Assembly (NCBI GenBank): GCA_004431415.1 | Contig: QPMI01000581.1 | Span: 36,021 to 100,020 of the forward strand | Source of the DNA: Cyanophora paradoxa CCMP329 | Lineage: Eukaryota > Plantae > Glaucophyta | Direction: 5' to 3' | Length of the DNA: 64,000 bases | Part shown: positions 38,439-48,800 of the stretch, piece after piece | Position numbering within the stretch: the stretch's first letter is position 1 | Layout of the letters: every line of letters begins with the position of its first letter | Translations under genes and position numbers: made by a program | The notes under the pieces: model-generated | Seen by the model: the letters and a program-made list of their open reading frames with translations, nothing else | Database searches by the model: none | What the model was told of the DNA's origin: nothing

Positions 38439-41400
38439 ATGCCTCGACCAAGTAATCGAATTTCGAAGAATTTGCAGGATGAGATTCTCGGTTACTACAT
38501 GCAAGCAAAAGTAGAAGACAAATTGACCCGAGAGCAGGATATCTATTTCTTGAGAGAATTTACTTTCAAAGCAATTAGAATTCCAAAGTTGATTGATATC
38601 AGAGATACACTGAGAGGTATCGTAGAGCCTCGTTTGTATCGCAAGCAGGAGAAGAAGGAAGCCAGAGCGGAGAGGACTGCAAAGAATGTTGCAAAACGTC
38701 AAGCAAAGACCAAAGAAGTGCAGAAATACAAAAGAAATCAGCAGAAGAAGGCCAAGAAGCAAGAGAGGGTTCAAAAATGGAAGTCAAAGCAGGAAGCCAA
38801 CCAGGTTCAGGTAATGAATGCCATGAATCACTTAGTCGAAGAGCTTACATGGAAAAACGCTAAGAAAAACCTAATTAACACAATCCATCGGTTTATCACT
38901 GAGAAGATAGGATGGGATGATCTCCACAGAAGACTTCAAGAGGCTTTGGACAGACACAATGGAATTAAGTTCCAGTTCAAAGTGAAGGCCAATTACAAAT
39001 ACAAGGAGAAGCAAAATGGAAGGTGGACAGGAGAGTACCAATACGCAACCAGATATCCAAGCTCAATGCAGTTTTACCTAGTTCTTCCAGCAAATGACCT
39101 AACGGATATCGTAAGACAAGCTGTGGATGATCTGCATGAAATCATGACAGCCATTGAGTATGCAGAGGTTCACAATATTCTCGAAGTAACCCTACAAATT
39201 CTATCTTACACACCTCTGACAGGAAGTTCTTACATTCCTCTTCCAGAAGAGATTGAAAAGAGAAAGGCTGTTATCAATCCTAAGAATGAAGACCAAGAAT
39301 GTTTCCGACATGCTGTTAAGATTGGCTTGCATCACAATGATGTCATTCGAAACCACAGATCTGAATTGAAACGATACAGTAAGTGGGACAAGGAATTTGA
39401 TTGGAGTCGCTTTGAGTTCCCAGTCAAGAATGATTCTAGAGTTTACGATCTAGCTTCAAAGATGATTGGTAGACCTATCAATGTCTACTTCCTTGATAAC
39501 AAGAAACGAGTCTTCCCTATCCATGTGAACAAGAACCCAGCAGAGCAGCACAAGACCATTGACCTTTTGATGTGGAGTGATGGGGAGAACACCCATTATG
39601 GCTTCATTTCAAGTCTATCGAGACTCATTCCAAGCTCACACAAGGAAACGAAGTATTTCTGTAAATGCTGCTTGAAGGGATTTACAGGTCAAAGGATCCT
39701 CGATAATCACATTAGACTAAGCAGATGCTATGAACGACCAACAGCAACTATTGATGTGATGCCTGAAGCAGGAAGCTGTATTATGTGGGATCCACAGAGA
39801 AATGCAGACAAAACAGTTTGGCATCCGATGTTTGCAGTTGCTGATTTCGAGTGTCTCCTGAAATCTGTTGAAAGTGTTGTGACTCGTGTTGATGAGAAAG
39901 GTGTTAAATACGATTCAAATAATAACGAGATCAACACCGAAATTTACCAAAAGCACATCCCTTGCGCTTACAAAATCATGATCATGCATAAGGACAAGAT
40001 CCTAAGAGAAGTCCTCTACCAGAAACAAGATCCAAACAACGATGATGAGGTAATCAATCATTTCATGACAACTCTCAAAAATATGGAGGCTGAGTTGCTT
40101 GAAAAGGTGAGAGAGGTCGAGCCAATAAAGATGGATCGATATGATAAAATGAATTTCAAAGAAGCCACATGCTGCTACATTTGCGAGGATCAATTCGTTA
40201 AATATGGAGAAGAGGGTAAGGTTTTCATTACAAAGAAAGTCAGGGATCATGATCATACCACAGGTAAATATCTTGGGGCTGCCTGCGATAAATGCAACCT
40301 GAGAAGAAGGGTTAACCCTAAAATTCCTGTTATATTCCACAATCTGAAAGGGTATGATGGACACTACATTCTAAAAGCTCTCGGTGAGCATGCAGACCCA
40401 GGAAAAGAGATCCGCTGTATCGCTGAGAATTTCGAGAAGTTCAAGTGTTTCGACTTTAACAGCTACAAATTCGTTGATTCCCTGAATTTCATGCAAGAAA
40501 GTCTTGACAAACTTGCTAGTAATCTCGGTCACAGAGACAACTATAAATACACCAATGAATGGTGTGACAAGCATACAATTACGGAGATCCAAAGAGAACT
40601 CCTGATGAGGAAGGGATTCTTCCCTTATGATTACTTGGATTGCCTTGATAGACTCAGCGAAACTAAACTTCCCAGCAAAGAGGCTTTCTTCTCAAAGCTT
40701 AATGATCGTGAAATTAGCGACAGTGACTACAAGCATTGTCAGAAGGTGTGGGATGCATTTGATTGCAAGACACTTGGAGATTACATGAAGATCTACCTTG
40801 AAACTGATGTGTTCCTTCTCGCTGATGTGTTTGGTCACAATTTCCGACAGAGATGCTATAAAGATTATGGACTTGATCCTATCCATTTCATTTCAGCTCC
40901 ACACCTCAGTTGGAATGCTATGTTGAAACTTACGAAGGTTGTTCTCGAAAACATTGATGATGATGAAATGTATCGTATGTTCGAGCTTGGAATTCGTGGT
41001 GGAATATCGATGATAGCTACGCGGAATGCTCAGGCTAACAATCCATACATGAAGAACTTTGATCCAACAAAGCCAATAAAATACATCATCACATGGGATG
41101 CCAACAATTTGTATGGATTTGCTATGTGTCAAAAGTTACCTATTGGTGATTTTGAATGGATCGATAACGTTGAAGACTTTGATTACATGAAATTTGATGC
41201 TGATGGTGAAACTGGGGCATTATTGGAGGTTGATTTGGAGTATCCAGATCATTTGCATGATGAGCATAGCGATTACCCACTAGCACCTGAATCTATGGTA
41301 GTAACTGAGGACATGTTATCACCTTCCCAACTTGAAATGCTTGGTGAAGAAAAGCTTCCTGGAAACCGAAAGTTGGTACCCAATCTGAACAACAAACACA

Positions 41401-42437
41401 ACTACGTTCTTCACATCAAGAATCTGCAATACTATGTATCAAAGGGTATGATTGTGAAGAAGATCCATCGAGGGATTGAATTCAAACAATCGGCTTGGTT
41501 GAAACCTTACATTGATTTCAATACTGAGAAAAGGAAGCAGGCACAAAATGATTTCGATAAGGATTTCTACAAGCTCATGAATAATTCGGTGTATGGAAAA
41601 ACCATGGAGAATGTCCGGAATCGTAGCAACATCAAACTCTGCCACAACCCAGAGAAACAGGCGAAACTGAATGCAAACCCTCTACTGAAAAAGGTTAAGA
41701 TCATCACCGAGAACCTGACAGCAGTTGAAATGTATCGTGGAACTATTCTTCTCGATAAACCAATCTATGTTGGTCAGGCGATCCTTGATTTATCAAAACT
41801 TGTCATGTATCAGTTCCACTACGATTACATTCGCAAGAAGTATGGATCGAAAGCCAAACTCCTCATGACTGACACAGATTCGCTGTATTACATTATTGAG
41901 ACCGAGGATCTATACAAGGATATGAACTCTGACTCTCATTTGTTCGATCAATCGGAATACAGTCCTTCTCACATTTGCTACAATCCTCAAAATAAAAAGG
42001 TTCCTGGTTTATTCAAGGATGATGCCGGTGATTTGGTTGTAACTGACTTTGCAGGATACAAACCAAAGGCCTACTCTTATTTGAAGGATTTGAATGTCAA
42101 GGCTCTTGGTTCGGAAGAAGATGTGAAAAAGGTGATTGCTAAAAGGTTGAAGGATAGTGGGAAAAGTTCAGAAGAAGATGTAAAGAAAGATACTGTAAAG
42201 AGGTTGAAGGGAATCCAGAGATGTGTAGTTAAAAACAAATTAGAGTATAAGCATTTCTATGATACTGTCATGGGGCAAGAGCAGGATCCTGTTACAGTTA
42301 GGGGAATTCGTTCAAAGAACCACGAGGTATCAACACTTGAAATGAAAAAGAGGGCATTCAATGCGCTTGATACCAAGAGGTATCTTTGTGAGGATAAAGT
42401 GAATACCCTTGCAATAGGGCATTACAGAACTCGCTAA
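38439..42437 (+). CDS. polB: Protein-primed family B DNA polymerase (intact, with proofreading motifs)
   Basis: KNEDQECF...THY, ADFEC, HNLKGYD, YLETD, DANNLYG, KLMNNSVYGK, TDTDSL, and EndoVII-like RDHDHTTG. Confidence 0.95.
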   Translation: MPRPSNRISKNLQDEILGYYMQAKVEDKLTREQDIYFLREFTFKAIRIPKLIDIRDTLRGIVEPRLYRKQEKKEARAERTAKNVAKRQAKTKEVQKYKRNQQKKAKKQERVQKWKSKQEANQVQVMNAMNHLVEELTWKNAKKNLINTIHRFITEKIGWDDLHRRLQEALDRHNGIKFQFKVKANYKYKEKQNGRWTGEYQYATRYPSSMQFYLVLPANDLTDIVRQAVDDLHEIMTAIEYAEVHNILEVTLQILSYTPLTGSSYIPLPEEIEKRKAVINPKNEDQECFRHAVKIGLHHNDVIRNHRSELKRYSKWDKEFDWSRFEFPVKNDSRVYDLASKMIGRPINVYFLDNKKRVFPIHVNKNPAEQHKTIDLLMWSDGENTHYGFISSLSRLIPSSHKETKYFCKCCLKGFTGQRILDNHIRLSRCYERPTATIDVMPEAGSCIMWDPQRNADKTVWHPMFAVADFECLLKSVESVVTRVDEKGVKYDSNNNEINTEIYQKHIPCAYKIMIMHKDKILREVLYQKQDPNNDDEVINHFMTTLKNMEAELLEKVREVEPIKMDRYDKMNFKEATCCYICEDQFVKYGEEGKVFITKKVRDHDHTTGKYLGAACDKCNLRRRVNPKIPVIFHNLKGYDGHYILKALGEHADPGKEIRCIAENFEKFKCFDFNSYKFVDSLNFMQESLDKLASNLGHRDNYKYTNEWCDKHTITEIQRELLMRKGFFPYDYLDCLDRLSETKLPSKEAFFSKLNDREISDSDYKHCQKVWDAFDCKTLGDYMKIYLETDVFLLADVFGHNFRQRCYKDYGLDPIHFISAPHLSWNAMLKLTKVVLENIDDDEMYRMFELGIRGGISMIATRNAQANNPYMKNFDPTKPIKYIITWDANNLYGFAMCQKLPIGDFEWIDNVEDFDYMKFDADGETGALLEVDLEYPDHLHDEHSDYPLAPESMVVTEDMLSPSQLEMLGEEKLPGNRKLVPNLNNKHNYVLHIKNLQYYVSKGMIVKKIHRGIEFKQSAWLKPYIDFNTEKRKQAQNDFDKDFYKLMNNSVYGKTMENVRNRSNIKLCHNPEKQAKLNANPLLKKVKIITENLTAVEMYRGTILLDKPIYVGQAILDLSKLVMYQFHYDYIRKKYGSKAKLLMTDTDSLYYIIETEDLYKDMNSDSHLFDQSEYSPSHICYNPQNKKVPGLFKDDAGDLVVTDFAGYKPKAYSYLKDLNVKALGSEEDVKKVIAKRLKDSGKSSEEDVKKDTVKRLKGIQRCVVKNKLEYKHFYDTVMGQEQDPVTVRGIRSKNHEVSTLEMKKRAFNALDTKRYLCEDKVNTLAIGHYRTR

Positions 42438-42498
42438 GGTTAGGTTAAAGAAATTGATTGCTTATTGTAAGCGGCAAGCAAGCGAGCCTTAGCGAAGC

Positions 42499-43580
42499 AT
42501 GGAGCAGGTATTGAGCTATACAAAATATAGACAAAAGCTAATCAATGAGGGTGTAAAGTTTGATGAGGATGAATTGAAAAAGAGATTTAAAAACAGTGAA
42601 TTGAATCAGATTTTCAAGAAGCCTACCAAGCCGAAATCGTTTCTTAGAATCGTAGCCCCACCCAATTCTTTTCAGGTTGATATTATATATTTCAAGGATT
42701 ATAAGACAGCAAACTATGGTGTGGATCGCATGCTAGTATTCGTAGATATTTTGAGTAGGAAGGGTTTATATTTCCTTTCAAAATGGTCACTGGGAAGGAG
42801 AAGAACGATGAGAAGAAGATTGAGATTCTAAACAAATTTAAAAGCCAAGCTGGAACAGTCCAAGCTCTTTCCGGAGATAAGGAGTTTTCAGGGAATATTT
42901 ACAAGAAATGGTGTGAGGATAATGGTGTGGTTTTATACACAGACATTGCAAAAGATGACCACATTACAGTTGGGGATAAACTCGGAATAGTTGATAGGTT
43001 CACAAGAACAATCAAGCAGTATTTAAGGAAGGCTATAAAGTCAACTGGGAACTCGAAGTGGACTGAAGTTTATGAAGATGTGTTGGCGACTTACAATAAC
43101 AGTCCACACAGTTCACTGAAGAATGATTCTCCAAATGCTGTGTATGGAAATAAAGAAAAGGAATCGTATGTTTACTTTCGTGATTCACTGCATAATAAGC
43201 ATGTGAGAGAGGGATTACCAACAGTGCAAGAAGGAGATTATGTGAGGGCTGTGAATCCAAAGGGAGTTTTCGAGAAAGAGGGTGCAAGGTTCAGTGAGAA
43301 AGTGTTTAAGGTGGCTGGTAAAGTTCAGAATAAATACAAACTTTTGGAGGATAATGAAGGTGAAACAGTTCGTGAAGTTCGAAGGAAATTCAAAATAAAT
43401 GAGTTGCAAAAAGTAGATAAAGAGGCTGTCGTAAAGATACCAACCCAAAAGAGAGTTGAGAGGGTAAAGAAAACCACAAATGTGAATCGAGTGGTTTCCC
43501 AAAAAGAAGGAATAAAACCAAATCGTAAGAAAGTAGTGAGAAAGAGATATAATTTGAGAAGTGGATTAACTAAACGTTAA
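42499..43580 (+). CDS. rve-type integrase (one frameshift at the T-run near 42766)
   Basis: FQVDIIY..VFVDILSRK, then SGDKEF / KLGIVDRFTRTIK / YNNSPHSSL. Confidence 0.88.
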
Positions 43581-43939
43581 GCTTTAATATCAGATCCATC
43601 ATCTGATTCAATAAATCTTGTAACTGGTTTGAATCTTTGAAATACATCTTTGTGGTGAATTCCTTTTACATACCACCCTTTGTTTACAGGATCCCATCTG
43701 AGTCCCATACACTTTGCATCGAAATTATCTTTAAATTGAACTTTGCAGTAGATCTTCTCGTTTCTGTATTTAATTTCTTTTTCATTAATCGTTTGGAATT
43801 CTTTCAGTAAATCACTATTTGCATCTTCTGTATACCAAAGTTTCATTTCATAATCCCATTTTGCTCCTTTCTCTTTTGCGATTTTTCGATCATTGTAATC
43901 ACAATCAAAGTAAAACTTCTTAATTGTATTTGTCTCCAT
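43577..43939 (-). CDS. Tandem DUF5710-like protein
   Basis: Two repeats: Y.D...AK..GAKWD...KLWY and F.D...AK..GLRWD...KGWY. Confidence 0.75.
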   Translation of the reverse strand: METNTIKKFYFDCDYNDRKIAKEKGAKWDYEMKLWYTEDANSDLLKEFQTINEKEIKYRNEKIYCKVQFKDNFDAKCMGLRWDPVNKGWYVKGIHHKDVFQRFKPVTRFIESDDGSDIKA

Positions 43940-43995
43940 TTTTATTCAGATTATCAGATAATTTTTATATGAAAGAATCAATGAGGATTAAACCT

Positions 43996-44244
43996 AGATT
44001 ATGATATAACTTCGATAAATAAGATTTAAGATATAACTTCGATTAAATATAATTAATCAAGATTATGATATAACTTCGATAAATAAGATTTAAGATATAA
44101 CTTCGATTAATTGTGATTGAGAGACTGAGAATTTGTTGAATTCTGATTGGTAAAGACTGAGAATCGAGAGGATTTTGATTGGGATTGTTTGATATATTGG
44201 GAATTAATCGATGTGGTGACAGTAGCCCCACTTTACCATTTTTT
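43996..44244 (-). repeat. Right TIR of E5
   Basis: Reverse complement of 32995-33242. Confidence 0.95.
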
Positions 44245-44806
44245 AATGATTCAATTCAACGAAAAGACGCATTAGATCTGCTCGAGTCGCTCCGGCGTTG
44301 TATTCGTCGAAAACGCAGTTGAACTCTTTAACGTTTGAGAGAATTGATGAGAAACAGACGTACTCACAATTCCTTCGAACTGTAGGGCTGATTCCACAAA
44401 GACGTTGAGTGGTTACAAAAAGGCTCATGTTATAATGACGCCCACTAGTAAAAAGCTTTTGCATTAATCGGTCGCTGTGGACGTTCACAAGGTCATTATC
44501 GAGCAAATCATCTAGAACGATTGCAATCTTGCGCTCATCTTTCTTGCGTCGCCTTTCTTTTTGTTGCTCTAGAAGACTCTCAACCAAAACTGGATCCCAT
44601 TCTTCGTGAATATTGTTTGAGCGAGTCGTGTCGTCCCACTGTTCTGTAAATGCTGTGGTACTAAATACGAAGACGTCGTCTAGCTGCGGAGCTACTGCAT
44701 TTAATACGTGTTTTACGTAGGTGCTTTTGCCCGAATTGGTGGGGCCGACAAACAAGAACCGTTTAGGCAGTTTTATTTCTGTAGGATCAAACAATTTGAT
44801 ATCCAT
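44245..44806 (-). pseudogene. 5' part of the E4 A32-like ATPase, disrupted by E5
   Basis: GPTNSGKS, IVLDDL, SGRHYN. Truncated at ELNH by the TIR. Confidence 0.9.
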
Positions 44807-45097
44807 CTAGAAGTTACTTACCTTTAGAGTTGACATTTGATACGAGTTAATTACGAGAACATTGTGGCGCAGGACGTGGAAGTCGACAACTGCTGGCGCT
44901 GCGTTTGTGCAGCCGGTTACAGTTAGCGAGCAGTAGCTGCTGCTGGAATTAAAGAAGTCTGTGTAGCCGAGGACAGCGTTATGCAGTGAGTCTTTGCCAG
45001 ATTTCGAAAGCACAATCCCATAGACATTTCCGTCCTCGAAGCCAAGGGCTGAATTGCCAGTGGTTGCACCGCGGTATTGAGTTGGAATGTGATAGCA
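44807..45097 (-). pseudogene. C-terminal fragment of the E4 major capsid protein, cut off by E6
   Basis: HIP..Y.G...GFE.GN.YGIVLSKSGKDSL...STLKVSNF closely matches the E5 MCP. Homology ends at ~45095. Confidence 0.85.
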
Positions 45098-45482
45098 GGG
45101 TCGGTTTGCAGTGAACCTCGCAGTTAAAACCCCGCATCGCATTAATAGACCTCATCGATAATCAAAGCAATTTACGATCGATTCCTTACCAATGCCCGAT
45201 AGGAATCGTAAATTGCTCACTTTTCATCAACCCTCGATCAAAAACCATGACCCCCTACCTATGCCTCTCATATATATCTATCGACTTTATTGATAAATCA
45301 CATTTTCTCTCTTTACCCATGACCCCCTCCCTGTGGTTTTACTGTAAGATTCTATTGTATCTATACGGAAAAAAGGATATACTATATCTTTTTTTAACGA
45401 TAGATTTACCGTAAGAATATTGAACAGTATTCGATATTCTAACAGTAGATCCATTGTAAGGAAAAAGGGGAATCCCCTTTTT

Positions 45483-45794
45483 TCATACAGTAGCCACTGT
45501 AATTAGATTAGATCCCAATCCTTGATAAACCTCCATTAATCCATACAGATTTGATGTCATACTCTTGTATTTGGTATCAAGATCTTCATATTTTGTAACT
45601 GGATCACCTGTTGCAGATTGGGAAATTGCATTAATTAATAGGTATTTATAATCATGAACTACTGAGTTCAGCTTATTTAATTGCTGAACGGATTTCTCTA
45701 TAGTTTGCAGAGCAGTTACAAGTGTAGCCGAGTCGAATGCCAGTGAAACAGGTTCACCTGTCATTGGGGTTCCACCAAGTGGATAGGTCGCCAT
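45483..45794 (-). CDS. Hypothetical helical protein downstream of the fibre gene
   Basis: 103-aa ORF with an ATG start, tightly coupled to the fibre stop codon. Confidence 0.55.
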   Translation of the reverse strand: MATYPLGGTPMTGEPVSLAFDSATLVTALQTIEKSVQQLNKLNSVVHDYKYLLINAISQSATGDPVTKYEDLDTKYKSMTSNLYGLMEVYQGLGSNLITVATV

Positions 45795-45800
45795 TTACTA

Positions 45801-48800
45801 TCATGTCACATTTTTTAATTGATCAATTTGATCTTGTAAACTCTTGCATTTGTGTGACAATTCCTTTACGGCCTCAATGAGAACAGGGATTAATGCAGTG
45901 TATTCAATTGCTAATGCATTATTCTCTTCTTTTGTAACTTTCACAACCTCTGGAATAATCTCTCGGACATCTTGCGCAATCAGTCCCAACTTAACCCCAT
46001 CCTTTTCATGTCCAAGTCTTTTGTAACTCACACCAGTGAGCCTTTCAATAGATGTTAGAGCGCCTGTTAATTGTTTAATATCTGTTTTGTATCTTCTATC
46101 ACTTCCCTGTGACAGATATCCAGCAAGCCACATATTACCGTTATCGTAAATGTAAGCAAGCTGCCCATCACTTGAATTTCTAAATGAAAAGGGAGTCCCA
46201 GTATGCCCTCTTAAATGGGTTGTGCCTTGGTATGCGAAAAAGAACCTTTGATAACCATCTTTGGAAGTTATCCATGTATCCTCGGGCCAATATGAACAAG
46301 TCGGTTTACTATAAACATTATCCCAAGAAATAAACCCTGTGTGACCCCCATAGCTGCTTCCTGTCCAAAGGCGGGTGAACCCTATACCCATAATGTGAAC
46401 TCTTCCAATCTTTGGGACAATTCGCAGGCGAACGAAGCGATTGCCAAGCATGATTTGAACATTATTTATACCATTGTGATTGTTGTCAGGTGAGCCTTCA
46501 TATGGATGGTAACTGTTTACCCTTGTTATAAATATTGCATTACCTTGTCGATTTATTCCCCAAACCTCGAAATAACGGCAATTTGTCCAAGGAAGATAGG
46601 TCAAGTGGGCTGTTCCCGTATACAAATCCGTTGGAATTGTGTATTCAATCCATATATTGTTATTGAATGTATCAGCTATTTGATCACCACTTTCATTGTT
46701 ATAAGCATATCCACCGTAGTTATAGTACGGCTCCCATGCCCACCCTGTTCCAAAACCCCAATTTCCTGTATATGAGTGTGGGGTGTGTCCGGAAACCGTA
46801 GCATCGAATTCTACACATCGGGGCATAGTTTTGTCGCCAAACTTATAATTTGTAGTAGCATTAATTGACCCTCCATTAATAATTGTTCCACTGAGAGTGG
46901 GTGCGCTCACAGTATTATTTACCCAAAGGTTTCCATTGTTATAAGACTTTAAAATGGCCGCATCTGCTGAGTTTCTAAATTCAATTGACACACCTTCACT
47001 ATTCCCATAACCCCGTATGTATGTGGTATTACCATTTCCAAACCAAAACCTCGGAATGTTATCTGTTGATTTGTGCCAATCCACAGAATTCACTGTCAAT
47101 AAACTACCTAATGAATAAGATGCTTCTGCCTTTGTTGCGTAAGTTGCTGCAAAATCCGGTTTACTAAACACATTATCCCAACTTATCAAACCAACATCAT
47201 TATCGGTTGCTCTCTGACGACTCCAACCAAAAACCCCTGTGAGATGAATGCGACCTTTTCGACCTTGAACATATATCTTTGTGTAGAACTCGCAATTGAC
47301 AGATATGAAGAGTATACCTGATTGGGTTCCATCATGAGCTGATGCTTGAATACCTTGATAGACATTCACACGTCGAAGGAAATGCTGGTTGTTATTGGCT
47401 GTTTGGCCGTAAATGTCAAAGTATCTGCAATTGCCCCAACACATAGTCTGAATGTAGAAGGTTTTCATTCCTGTTGGAACAGCCCATCGCATCCAATACC
47501 CACTACAATCTTCATCATTTTGTGGTGTAGTGTAGCATCCTGCTTGTCCTGTTCTCGGTGACCAACCAGTTGTCCAATTACCACTATTGTCAGAAGAAAT
47601 AGCAGCCAATTGGTCAAAATCGTATCCTTTTGGTATTGCTGTCCCAACTATTTGAAGATTAGACGCATTCAAAGTCCCATCAATTGTTCCTCCTGTCTTT
47701 GGAAGATAGCTACCCAGCCACCCTTGAACTACATTAGAGGATGTGAGATTTTGAGTACTGCTTGTAATGTCTACTGCTGCTATCCAGCTTTGAACTACAT
47801 TACTACTGGGCAAAGGCTCAATTAGAGTTTGAACAGTTGACATATCGGCCTTGGGAGCCAACCAGCCTTGAACTACATTTGAAGCCGTTAAAGGGGCTAT
47901 TAAAATATTAACTGTTGCTGTATCTGCTTTTGGAGCCAACCAGTCTTGAATTACATTCGAAGTTGGGATATTTGGCAAGGACACATTACTGCTCACTGTG
48001 AGATTATCAACTACTACATTTGAGGATATTTGGATATGCTCTTTTATATTGTATTGAGGGGTTAGTTGAGGCACACCAAGACCTGCTACCCCGTACTTTT
48101 GAGATAGATAGTATCGCACACAAGCCAATTCATCGGCAGACAATGCTCTATTATACACTACTATTTCCGCAAGGTCACAATCCATTCGTCCGGTTCCAAG
48201 CCAATTCATTATTCGTGTGGGGTCATCGGTTCCAAGATAGTTACCATTGAAGGTTGCACGATTGACACCATTCATAGCAACAGTTGTGGTGGACGGCGAT
48301 ACCACCCAATCAAAAATACTCCACACGTCTTTATAAGAAGAGTCAAGAGTTGTTAATTGCCAAGTTCCAACACCATTAATTCTTACGTTAACTCCCAATT
48401 GAGAAACACTATATGAACCGTAATTAATATTGTGGTTATAGTTGTTTGAGTAAATACTCCAATGGTGGAGCCAAGAAGTACCTGTTGGTCTGCGAACGGA
48501 AATAATAGTGAGTCCATTGCTGAAAAACGTGATAGGTGTAGAAGGATTTATCATAAATTCAGCCGTTCCTTGTTTGAGAACCTTATAGGAATTCAGCAGG
48601 TCGGTAGAGTGAATCTTGGCTAAAGTGTAACCAGTTGCTGGTCCTATGAGGGTTCCAAGAGCATTTGGTAGCCCTGCCGCGAAGTTAACCATCTGCGAAA
48701 CCACTGCTCCAGTAGCTTCAGTAGTAGGGTACCAATGAAAGATACAATTTGGAATCGATAGGGGGTTCAACCAGTTGGCAACGAGATTTGAGTTTGGAAT

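Larger units (their letters stand above)
32995..44244. mobile_element. E5: complete 11,250-bp Polinton-like virus with TIRs and a 5-bp TSD (AATGA)
   Basis: TIRs at 32995-33242 and 43996-44244. AATGA at 32990-32994 and 44245-44249. Encodes ATPase, MCP, penton, pPolB and integrase. Confidence 0.95.
26852..45097. mobile_element. E4: left part of a GC-richer Polinton-like element (pPolB, integrase, ATPase, MCP), itself interrupted by E5 and E6
   Basis: Starts AAAAAATG like E5, with an abrupt composition change. Its genes resume after E5 at 44245. Confidence 0.75.

Noticed and set aside
27860-42790. Programmed ribosomal frameshifts in pPolB (27865, 30180) and integrase (42766)
   Set aside because: The breaks are at different positions in homologs that are otherwise continuous, and mostly at short homopolymers. 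Sequencing error or decay is more likely.
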